DNA of 64,000 nucleotides, taken from a virus. Lineage: Duplodnaviria > Heunggongvirae > Uroviricota > Caudoviricetes. Positions 57,112-64,000 of the stretch are shown in pieces. The stretch spans positions 4,184 through 68,183 of the IMG/VR virus record IMGVR_UViG_3300022562_000870. One strand, written 5' to 3'. The position numbers and the translations under genes were made by a program. Below the pieces are notes generated by a model, which was not told the origin of the DNA, did no database searches, and worked only from the letters and a program-made list of their open reading frames with translations. The first letter of the stretch is position 1, and the number at the start of each line of letters is the position of its first letter.

Positions 57112-57456
57112 ATGTGGAAATATATTTGGGTTACATTATTATTTGGTTGCTTGGCTTTACCTGCTTGTGCAGGTAACTATCTGCCCATGGGCGAACCTAT
57201 AAAAACCGAAATAGTCAATAGTCAAGTTTATATTACTTGGATACGTTTTGAAGACCACGAACAAGTCAAAGAAGAATGTGAAAGAATGGGGGTAACAGCC
57301 AAAAAAGGTCATAGAGTTGTGGCGTGTGCGTCTTTTGATATTGAAAAACAAACATGTACGATATATGCCTTAAATCCACAAACGTTGAATGACCAAAGAA
57401 CGACGCTACTAGGACATGAGGTTAAGCATTGTTTTGATGGTTCATATCACGATTAG
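57112..57456 (+). CDS. small lipoprotein with HExxH motif
   Basis: Signal peptide with lipobox LPACAG. C-terminal LLGHEVKHCFDG. Confidence 0.4.
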   Translation: MWKYIWVTLLFGCLALPACAGNYLPMGEPIKTEIVNSQVYITWIRFEDHEQVKEECERMGVTAKKGHRVVACASFDIEKQTCTIYALNPQTLNDQRTTLLGHEVKHCFDGSYHD

Positions 57457-57497
57457 ATATAAATACCAGAAAAATTAACGATTTTAAGGGATTTACC

Positions 57498-57884
57498 ATG
57501 CTATTAGAACACATTAAAGGTATTAAACATGATACCGAACTTGCTGAAGAAATCGAGCAGTTGCAGGCCGAAACTATCAAAATAATGGAAGCTGTTGCCC
57601 GTCCCGGGGAGATTCCTGCTGAAGGAAATATGGATGAACTTATGATGGCTATGGATGCTGTAATGAAGCAATTAGATGCTGCTCGTCGTGGCCTTGGATT
57701 GGTTAATAAGTTGGGGGATAGCCCATCGCGTACCACCAACAGAAGCCGTATAATGGGTAACTTAAATAAAATTCGTGGAAATTTACGTCGTGTAGAAAAG
57801 ATGTTTTCCGCTGCTATTGATGAAGATCCTGAATTAAAAGCAGAATTAAATTACCAAAAAGGTGTTATGACTGGTAAATATTAA
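57498..57884 (+). CDS. hypothetical protein
   Basis: ORF with no recognised family. Confidence 0.35.
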   Translation: MLLEHIKGIKHDTELAEEIEQLQAETIKIMEAVARPGEIPAEGNMDELMMAMDAVMKQLDAARRGLGLVNKLGDSPSRTTNRSRIMGNLNKIRGNLRRVEKMFSAAIDEDPELKAELNYQKGVMTGKY

Positions 57885-57886
57885 AA

Positions 57887-57985
57887 AATGGAAGGGTAAG
57901 CCGAAAGAGTTTGGGTAGCGGCAACTGCCTTGAAAGCAGGGGGCCTGCGTAAGCAGGTGTCGGGGTTCGAATCCGCGTCCTTCCG
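57887..57985 (+). tRNA. tRNA-Ser (UGA)-like, unusually long (about 99 nt) with an oversized D region; CCA encoded
   Basis: Acceptor GGAAGGG/TCCTTCC. Anticodon stem CTGC/GCAG with loop CTTGAAA. Long variable hairpin. GCCG...CGGC encloses a 15-nt D-loop. Confidence 0.45.
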
Positions 57986-58048
57986 CCAAATAGTTGACAT
58001 AATATTAAAATCCTGCTATTCTAATAGTGGGATTTTTTATGTCCAAAA

Positions 58049-58140
58049 GGAAGATTGGCAGAGTCTGGTTTATTGCGCTTCGTTGGAAGCGAAGTGGGCG
58101 GTGTCAAAATCGCCCCGTGGGTTCAAATCCCACATCTTCC
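58049..58140 (+). tRNA. tRNA-Ser (GGA), type II; CCA encoded
   Basis: Acceptor GGAAGAT/ATCTTCC. D-stem GCAG/TTGC. Anticodon stem CTTCG/CGAAG with loop TTGGAAG. Variable hairpin GGGCG...CGCCC. Confidence 0.6.
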
Positions 58141-58145
58141 TCCAA

Positions 58146-58218
58146 TTGATCTATGGTGTAACTGGCAACACACATGACTCTGAATCATGAATTCTAGGTT
58201 CGAATCCTAGTAGATCAG
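58146..58218 (+). tRNA. tRNA-Gln (CUG); CCA encoded
   Basis: Acceptor TGATCTA/TAGATCA with G73. D-stem GTGT/ACAC. Anticodon stem CATGA/TCATG with loop CTCTGAA. T-arm CTAGG-TTCGAAT-CCTAG. Confidence 0.7.
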
Positions 58219-58236
58219 CCAAAATAGGTAAATTAT

Positions 58237-58797
58237 ATGAAAAAACTTTTAGCGATTTTTTTAACATTGTTTTGTATAGGTTGTGTAAATGCTGGACCAG
58301 TTATAGAAACTGAAAACGGCATAGAGCCTATAACTATAAATGAAAATGTAGAAGAACAGTTAAAGCAACTTAATGATGATTATTTAAAAGCAAAACTTGA
58401 TATAGTTTTTAGATGTGATCATGATGGTAAATGGGTACAACGTGTAGCAGAACGCCGCGATAGTGGAAGAACCTTTCGTGGGGCTAGTAATGATAATATA
58501 AATTCTTTACAAAGTGCAGCCGATGATAAAAATTCTGGACTTACAACAGCACTTGCTTTAAGACAAACGTTAACGGTTATTTGGATTTATAGCAATTATA
58601 AATCCACACCAGAAGAATTATATTCGATGATGTTTGAAGATTGCACAGAAGAGGCATTTGCAGAATTAGAATATGATTTTGCATATGCGAAACAATGGAT
58701 ATTACAACAAGTGCCAGATACATGGGGTACTGAACCTGGAACCGATTTTGAAGATCCTACGGCAACAGACCCGAACGACCCACATTCGCATAAATAA
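58237..58797 (+). CDS. putative lipoprotein
   Basis: Signal peptide with lipobox LFCIGC. Confidence 0.4.
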   Translation: MKKLLAIFLTLFCIGCVNAGPVIETENGIEPITINENVEEQLKQLNDDYLKAKLDIVFRCDHDGKWVQRVAERRDSGRTFRGASNDNINSLQSAADDKNSGLTTALALRQTLTVIWIYSNYKSTPEELYSMMFEDCTEEAFAELEYDFAYAKQWILQQVPDTWGTEPGTDFEDPTATDPNDPHSHK

Positions 58798-58803
58798 ATC
58801 ATT

Positions 58804-58886
58804 GCCGAAGTGGTGAAAAGGTATACACGCAGCTTTGAGGTGGCTGTGGATGAAAATCCATGCGGGTTCGAATCCCGCCTTCGGCA
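58804..58886 (+). tRNA. tRNA-Leu (GAG), type II; CCA encoded
   Basis: Acceptor GCCGAAG/CTTCGGC. Anticodon stem CAGCT/GGCTG with loop TTGAGGT. Variable hairpin. T-arm GCGGG-TTCGAAT-CCCGC. Confidence 0.55.
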
Positions 58887-58891
58887 CCAAT

Positions 58892-59302
58892 TTAACTAAG
58901 GTCAATCAACGCTTTTGTTTTAGTAACGTCTAAGTTATATTTCGTAGATAAAAATTCTGCAAACTTTCTAATAGAAGCTTTCTTATCCTGACAATACTTA
59001 AGTTGTATTCTATATGCTTCAACTTCTGCTTCATAGCGATACTTCTTAGAAAACTTATAAAGCAATCCATGAATGCCTAGGGTTCTATAAAATTGACGAC
59101 AATGCTGAAGTTCATGTTCTAATAATCCTTCATCGTCTTTATATTTTTCGACAACGCGAATAATAAAACCGTTTGATCTTCCTGCGGCGAAATCACCAAG
59201 CGTTTTTACATAAAAAATAAATGCTGGTAATATACCATAAACAAATTTTATCTTCATAATAATACTCCTTATCTTTGAATATTTATTGAAAATCCTTGAC
59301 AT
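58892..59302 (-). CDS. small HExxH-motif protein (possible ImmA/IrrE- or SprT-like metallopeptidase)
   Basis: GLLEHELQHCRQFY on the minus strand, in a region where nearly all other genes are on the plus strand. Confidence 0.4.
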   Translation of the reverse strand: MSRIFNKYSKIRSIIMKIKFVYGILPAFIFYVKTLGDFAAGRSNGFIIRVVEKYKDDEGLLEHELQHCRQFYRTLGIHGLLYKFSKKYRYEAEVEAYRIQLKYCQDKKASIRKFAEFLSTKYNLDVTKTKALIDLS

Positions 59303-59353
59303 TTAGGTTAAAATATGTCATGCTATTGATTTATGTAATATAAGGAATGAAAA

Positions 59354-59704
59354 ATGTCTAAAATTAAAAGTCGTATTCTTAAGGAATATACCAACATTTC
59401 AGATAATGATATATGGATGGGTACAACTAAATTATTACCCAAGCGCGTGGAGGTTCCTGAAGAATTTCAATGTGGATCGGCATCCAAGTGGAATAAGTTG
59501 TTTAATGATTTGTTTTATTTTGGACTTGCAGAACTTAATATTACACCGAAAGAAGGTGTTGATACCAATGCTGCACTTAAATGTATCAAAGCACATATGG
59601 CTTCATGGGAACCAAAACATCAAGATAAAGAATCTGGTGTTGCATATATGATGTCTATCTTATTCGAAGATGCTGTATGGACACGAGCTGAGCGTAGCGT
59701 TTAA
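59354..59704 (+). CDS. hypothetical protein
   Basis: ORF with no recognised family. Confidence 0.35.
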   Translation: MSKIKSRILKEYTNISDNDIWMGTTKLLPKRVEVPEEFQCGSASKWNKLFNDLFYFGLAELNITPKEGVDTNAALKCIKAHMASWEPKHQDKESGVAYMMSILFEDAVWTRAERSV

Positions 59705-59718
59705 AAAACAAATGTCAT

Positions 59719-60744
59719 ATGAACAAGCTATTAACACGTGATGATTTTCGCAATAGCGTCTTTGAACGTGATCGTCACACGTGTGTATTTTGTAAAAACC
59801 CTGCCGTAGATGCGCATCATATTATAGAACGACGCCTGTGGCCTGATGGTGGCTACTATTTAAATAACGGTGCTTCGGTTTGTGAAGAACATCACCTTGC
59901 TTGTGAAATGACAACAATGTCTGTTGAAGAAGTTCGTGAAGCATGTGGCATTGAAAAACCTATTATACCGCCACATTTATATGATGACCAAATTTACGAT
60001 AAATGGGGTAACATAGTATTACCTAATGGACAGCGCCTTAAAGGTGAATTGTTCTTCGATGAAAGTGTTCAAAAGATACTTGAAAAGGGTGGTGTATTAC
60101 CACTATTCACTGGTTACGTAAAATACCCAAGAACATATCACCTTCCTTGGTCACAAGGATTACACGATGATGATCGAATGATGAACAATGTAGATGCCTT
60201 CATTGGGCAGCGCGTAATCGTAACCGAAAAACTTGATGGTGAAAATACTACACTGTATTATGATCATAATCATGCGCGTTCTATCGATAGTGGTGGACAT
60301 GCTAGTCGTGATTGGGTTAAAAATTTCTGGTCACAATTTAATTTTGAAATTCCTGAAGATTGGCGCGTATGTGGTGAAAATATGTATGCGGAACATTCTA
60401 TACCTTATAACGACCTAAAATCTTATTTTTATGGATTCTCCATATGGAATGAAAAGAACATATGTTTATCGTGGGATGAAACCTTAGAATGGTTTAGGTT
60501 ATTACATCCTAAATTAGTCCATGTTCCAGTTTTATACGATGGTATATTCGATAAAAAGGTTATCGTTGACTTATGGAATGATTCGATGTATGATACTTGT
60601 GAAGGGTACGTTATGCGCGTAGCTGATTCTTTTTCTATGAATGAATTTAGGTTCAAAGTGGGAAAGTTTGTTCGCAAAGACCATATCAGAACTACACCGC
60701 ATTGGATGCACGGCAAACCCATAACAGTTAATAAATTGAAATAA
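59719..60744 (+). CDS. HNH nuclease domain fused to an ATP-dependent RNA/DNA ligase-like nucleotidyltransferase
   Basis: - N-terminus: HTCVFCKNPAVDAHHIIERR...CEEHH (HNH).
- C-terminus: motif I VIVTEKLDGEN (KxDGxN), motif IV EGYVMRV, motif V FKVGKFVRK. Confidence 0.55.
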   Translation: MNKLLTRDDFRNSVFERDRHTCVFCKNPAVDAHHIIERRLWPDGGYYLNNGASVCEEHHLACEMTTMSVEEVREACGIEKPIIPPHLYDDQIYDKWGNIVLPNGQRLKGELFFDESVQKILEKGGVLPLFTGYVKYPRTYHLPWSQGLHDDDRMMNNVDAFIGQRVIVTEKLDGENTTLYYDHNHARSIDSGGHASRDWVKNFWSQFNFEIPEDWRVCGENMYAEHSIPYNDLKSYFYGFSIWNEKNICLSWDETLEWFRLLHPKLVHVPVLYDGIFDKKVIVDLWNDSMYDTCEGYVMRVADSFSMNEFRFKVGKFVRKDHIRTTPHWMHGKPITVNKLK

Positions 60745-60746
60745 TA

Positions 60747-60938
60747 ATGGCACACGCAAGATTGCATATCATCTGTGGAAACTGCGGATGTAATGACATG
60801 TTTAAATTCAGAATCGAACCCGAAGGTCACGATATCACTTATATAGAACCAGAATTTGAACCTGCTGTATTCATTACATGTGAAAATTGTTCTACGTTAC
60901 ATGATTTAAGTGATACTATTGAAGAAGTGAAAAAATAA
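60747..60938 (+). CDS. small zinc-ribbon protein
   Basis: CGNCGC...CENC. Confidence 0.35.
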   Translation: MAHARLHIICGNCGCNDMFKFRIEPEGHDITYIEPEFEPAVFITCENCSTLHDLSDTIEEVKK

Positions 60939-60940
60939 AT

Positions 60941-61016
60941 GCATAGGTGGCGGAGCTTGGTCTAACGCGTGCGGTTGCAACCCGCAATTTCGTCGGTTCG
61001 AATCCGACCCTATGCT
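60941..61016 (+). tRNA. tRNA-Cys (GCA); CCA encoded
   Basis: Acceptor GCATAGG/CCTATGC. Anticodon stem TGCGG/CCGCA with loop TTGCAAC. T-arm GTCGG-TTCGAAT-CCGAC. Confidence 0.65.
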
Positions 61017-61036
61017 CCAAAAATAGGATAAAAAAT

Positions 61037-62080
61037 ATGAGAATTATAGAAGATACCAAATACGACTTTTCAGACTTACTAATTATTCCAAAACGTTCTT
61101 CATTAGTTTCAAGAAAAGCTGTCGAACTTGAAAAGGAATATACTTTTTTACATTCGCCTTACGTGTATCGTGGAATACCAATCGTGTCGTCAAATATGAC
61201 ACATACAGGTACATTTGAAATGGCGTATGCGTTAAACGAATTCGGGCTTTCTGCTGCGATTCATAAACACTATGAACCACGAGATGTGGCTAATTTCTTT
61301 AGTATGTCACATAAGGCATGGAACTTTTATTCCATGGGTATTCTTGATAAAGATTTTGAAAAATTTAAACTTGTAAATGAATTGATGACATATGGAAGCA
61401 TTAATTATGTTAATATCGATGTTGCCAATGGTTATTCGGAACAGTTTGCTGAAGTTGTCGCAAAAATGCGCGATTATCGTCCAGATATAGTTATAATGGC
61501 AGGAACCGTTGTAACACCCGAAATGACAGAACAACTTCTTATTTCTGGTGCTGATATTGTTCGCATTGGAATTGGTTCTGGTAGTGTTTGTACTACACGT
61601 AAGAAAACTGGCGTTGGATATCCACAAGCAAGTGCCGTTATTGAATGTGCGGATGCTGCACATGGTTTAAAAGGCCACGTCGTTTCTGATGGCGGTTGCA
61701 CAATGCCAGGTGATGTATCAAAAGCGTTTGGCGCTGGTGCAGACTTTGTAATGCTTGGTGGAATGTTTGCAGGTCACGAAGAGGGCGGTGGTGAAGAAAT
61801 TTGGCGTGATGGTGTGCAATTCAGAAGCTTCCACGGAATGAGTTCAAAAGCCGCAATGGACAAGTATGCGGGTGGTGTAGCTGATTATCGTGCAAGTGAA
61901 GGTAAGGAAGTTTTAGTTCCTTATCGTGGTAAAGTTGAAAACACGGTTAAAGAAATTCTTGGTGGTCTTCGCAGTACTTGCACATACGTTGGTGCAAAAA
62001 CATTGAAAGAACTTCCAAAACGAACTACCTTTATAAAGGTAAGTCGTACACATAACACGGTATTTGGAGATGAAAGATAA
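61037..62080 (+). CDS. guaC: GMP reductase
   Basis: Start refined to MRIIEDTKYDF, downstream of the tRNA. Co-linear with E. coli GuaC (IDVANGYSE, GIGSGSVCTTR, VGYPQASAVIECADAAHGL, VSDGGC, GADFVMLGG). Confidence 0.8.
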   Translation: MRIIEDTKYDFSDLLIIPKRSSLVSRKAVELEKEYTFLHSPYVYRGIPIVSSNMTHTGTFEMAYALNEFGLSAAIHKHYEPRDVANFFSMSHKAWNFYSMGILDKDFEKFKLVNELMTYGSINYVNIDVANGYSEQFAEVVAKMRDYRPDIVIMAGTVVTPEMTEQLLISGADIVRIGIGSGSVCTTRKKTGVGYPQASAVIECADAAHGLKGHVVSDGGCTMPGDVSKAFGAGADFVMLGGMFAGHEEGGGEEIWRDGVQFRSFHGMSSKAAMDKYAGGVADYRASEGKEVLVPYRGKVENTVKEILGGLRSTCTYVGAKTLKELPKRTTFIKVSRTHNTVFGDER

Positions 62081-62321
62081 TGACAATGTATATAGACCCT
62101 AAAACATTTCAACCATTTTTGGAAGTTGAACTAATTCCAAAAATAAATGGAAAATTAGAAGAAAGGTACGCGATTAAATCATATGTTCCTTTAGAACCAT
62201 TACAGGATGCTAATGTTTTAAATGAAGAAGATGCTGCTGAACTAGCAAGAAAAGTACTTATTGATGGAACTAGTCGTGATATTTCTACACTTGAAGAATT
62301 AGAACCAAAGGATATTCCATA

Positions 62322-62780
62322 ATGGGCATGTATCAAGAATTACACTTTGGTTGGTACTTCATAGCAAATGAACGCGTAATTGAAGATACTGAAATGGTTC
62401 GTGTATGTAGTAATGATATAGGACATGGAATTGCTGAAGGTGGATATTGTCCAGACTGTGGTTCTGAAGTTGTAGATCGTCCAAAATTAAAATCAACATC
62501 ACTTGACATATATGATTTCGAAGAAATGGGTGACCAATTTATTTTTCCTGAATTTTATGTTAATAATACAGAAGGAATGATTTTAGGAATTTCAAATTAT
62601 GGCGCTGGATGTATGCGCCTTGAAGATAGTGAAATCATTAATTTTAATGATATTGAATATACTAAACAAAAACTTTATCAAGAATTCATGCAAAAACATG
62701 AAAGTGATATTGAATTTTTAAAAGAACATCTTTACGATAATCTTCAAGTAAATTTTGGTATGTTCTTTTACTATATGTAA
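62322..62780 (+). CDS. hypothetical protein with CxxC zinc-binding pair
   Basis: ORF with no recognised family. Confidence 0.35.
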   Translation: MGMYQELHFGWYFIANERVIEDTEMVRVCSNDIGHGIAEGGYCPDCGSEVVDRPKLKSTSLDIYDFEEMGDQFIFPEFYVNNTEGMILGISNYGAGCMRLEDSEIINFNDIEYTKQKLYQEFMQKHESDIEFLKEHLYDNLQVNFGMFFYYM

Positions 62781-62784
62781 TACT

Positions 62785-62888
62785 GCCGCTGCTGAATAAG
62801 ATCAACAAAGGTCGTGGCGAATTCAGCCCTGTTGAATGGGTGTCACCGCTGGCTTCGGTGATTGCGGGTTCGAATCCTGTCGGCGGCA
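62785..62888 (+). tRNA. tRNA-like 3' module with a long non-canonical body (about 104 nt); no CCA
   Basis: Acceptor GCCGCTG/CGGCGGC and T-arm GCGGG-TTCGAAT-CCTGT. The body contains the hairpin ATTCAG-CCCTG-TTGAAT and no standard anticodon arm. Confidence 0.3.
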
Positions 62889-63075
62889 CTAGTTAAGGAA
62901 CTAAAATGAAACAATTATGTACTTCTAAAATTGATGCAGGTGAATATGATTCTATCATTTCCTTTATGATTAATCATGGTCTTTCAGATAGAACCATTTT
63001 ACACGAAATAATGAATTCTACTAAAGGAAAAGAGAATCCATCAACCGTTTTAAAACGAATTGAAGGTTTAAGAAA

Positions 63076-63309
63076 ATGAATAAGCTTCTTGACGATACAC
63101 CATTAACCTTTGGTAAACATAAGGGCGAAACGCCCAATGATATTGCTGTGGTTAATCCACAATATGTCGTTTGGATGTACGATAATATGAATAGAAAATT
63201 TTGTACGATGGAATTAAGAAACAAATGTGAAGATATGTCACATGGTAATGACGAAGAGTGGCATGAATTATCAAGCGTATATTTTGAGGATATAGATCCG
63301 TGGGGATGA
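63076..63309 (+). CDS. hypothetical protein
   Basis: Ends at TGA 63307-63309. The next ORF starts in the same frame one codon later. Confidence 0.35.
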   Translation: MNKLLDDTPLTFGKHKGETPNDIAVVNPQYVVWMYDNMNRKFCTMELRNKCEDMSHGNDEEWHELSSVYFEDIDPWG

Positions 63310-63312
63310 ACA

Positions 63313-63732
63313 ATGTGGCACACCAGTACTGGTATAATCAAATACGATCCGCCTCGACCGGGTATGAAGCGTCGTACAGATTGGTGGGCAATCCTTCAAA
63401 TTGATAGAGAGATTACTCGCTATTATCGTTGGTGGGTAATGAAAGAAAAATGGATTGACTTGTGTCAACCTTCATGGGATGCACACGTTTCAATTATCCG
63501 TGGCGAAAAACCCCCCGAAGATAAAATGCACCTTTGGAAGAAATATGACGGCCAACGGGTTGATTTTAAATACAAACATGACGTTCGTCGAAGTGGCGAT
63601 ACCACAGGTTGGGATAGACCAAGCCATTACTGGTTTGTTGAAGTAGATTGTCCCCTATTGATTGACATTCGCAAGGAATTAGGTTATCCTTGTAATTGGA
63701 AACTGCATTTAACAATCGGTAGAACGTGGTAA
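63313..63732 (+). CDS. hypothetical protein
   Basis: ORF with no recognised family. Confidence 0.35.
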   Translation: MWHTSTGIIKYDPPRPGMKRRTDWWAILQIDREITRYYRWWVMKEKWIDLCQPSWDAHVSIIRGEKPPEDKMHLWKKYDGQRVDFKYKHDVRRSGDTTGWDRPSHYWFVEVDCPLLIDIRKELGYPCNWKLHLTIGRTW

Positions 63733-63739
63733 TAACCAT

Positions 63740-64000
63740 ATGATTAAACATACAAAATTTTTTGGTGTGTCTTTGCCAAGGACGGGAACATCGTCCTTGG
63801 CTTATGCTGTTAAGCACCTTGGATTATATACAGCGCATTATCTGCCAGAAAGTACCTATGCGCATATCCATATGTATGATTTTGCTAATGATTTTCCCAT
63901 TCCGCTTCGGTATAAGGAACTTGATAAACGATTCCCTAATTCCAAATTCATTTATACGGATCGGCCTGTAGAAGATTGGTTGAAATCCTATGAAACGCAT
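63740..64000 (+). CDS. sulfotransferase-like protein (partial, continues past the window end)
   Basis: GVSLPRTGTSSL resembles the PAPS 5'-phosphosulfate-binding loop. Confidence 0.4.
   Translation, partial: MIKHTKFFGVSLPRTGTSSLAYAVKHLGLYTAHYLPESTYAHIHMYDFANDFPIPLRYKELDKRFPNSKFIYTDRPVEDWLKSYETH

Noticed and set aside
54593-58190. ORFs 54593-54931(-), 55936-56307(-), the 5' part of 55946-56365, and 57930-58190
   Set aside because: They sit over tRNA-Asp, Leu, Gly and Ser genes. The + ORF at 55946 probably starts at an internal ATG after the tRNA.
1-64000. CRISPR arrays, integrase, transposase or IS elements
   Set aside because: No regularly spaced direct repeats and no recombinase or transposase-like ORFs were seen. 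The repeats noted (GATCCGATA x2.5 at 5831-5855; CAG-rich 22430-22490) are short in-frame coding repeats.

Overview
This window is best explained as a densely packed, AT-rich accessory region of a large (T4-like or jumbo) bacteriophage. It carries about 40 tRNA or tRNA-like genes, read on the + strand; many encode their own 3' CCA. They sit in one large array at about 43.7-46.8 kb and in smaller groups scattered between short ORFs. Almost all genes are on the + strand, separated by sigma70-like promoters and rho-independent terminators, and several HNH endonuclease genes abut tRNAs.

The most notable content is a translation-focused module:
- A tRNA with anticodon CUA (amber suppressor) at 44112-44183.
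- A release-factor homolog that has the RF1-type PxT motif, lacks domain 1 (PrfH-like), and contains an in-frame TGA at a position that aligns with a conserved RF1 tryptophan (9087-9770).
- A Pth2-type peptidyl-tRNA hydrolase (11884-12276).
- A minimal SerRS-like class II catalytic core (50129-50704).
- A T4 Rnl1-like RNA ligase (34661-35869).
- An HNH-nuclease/ligase fusion (59719-60744).
- Several tRNA-like elements with perfect acceptor and T arms but no canonical anticodon arm.

Three further modules stand out:
- A sugar-modification cluster: KDO-8-phosphate synthase (KdsA), a KpsS/KpsC-like candidate Kdo transferase, two DUF115/Maf-like proteins, a radical SAM enzyme, FkbM- and TylF-like methyltransferases, GT8 and DXD glycosyltransferases, an NAD-dependent epimerase, and sulfotransferase-like proteins.
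- An anti-ADP-ribosylation and nucleotide set: an ADP-ribosylglycohydrolase, a NADAR protein, two nucleoside deoxyribosyltransferase-like proteins, MazG, GuaC, and an HD-domain (p)ppGpp hydrolase.
- Two DNA methyltransferases flanking an unknown gene.

All calls were made by eye from motifs. Many tRNA anticodons could not be resolved by hand and need tRNAscan-SE or ARAGORN.
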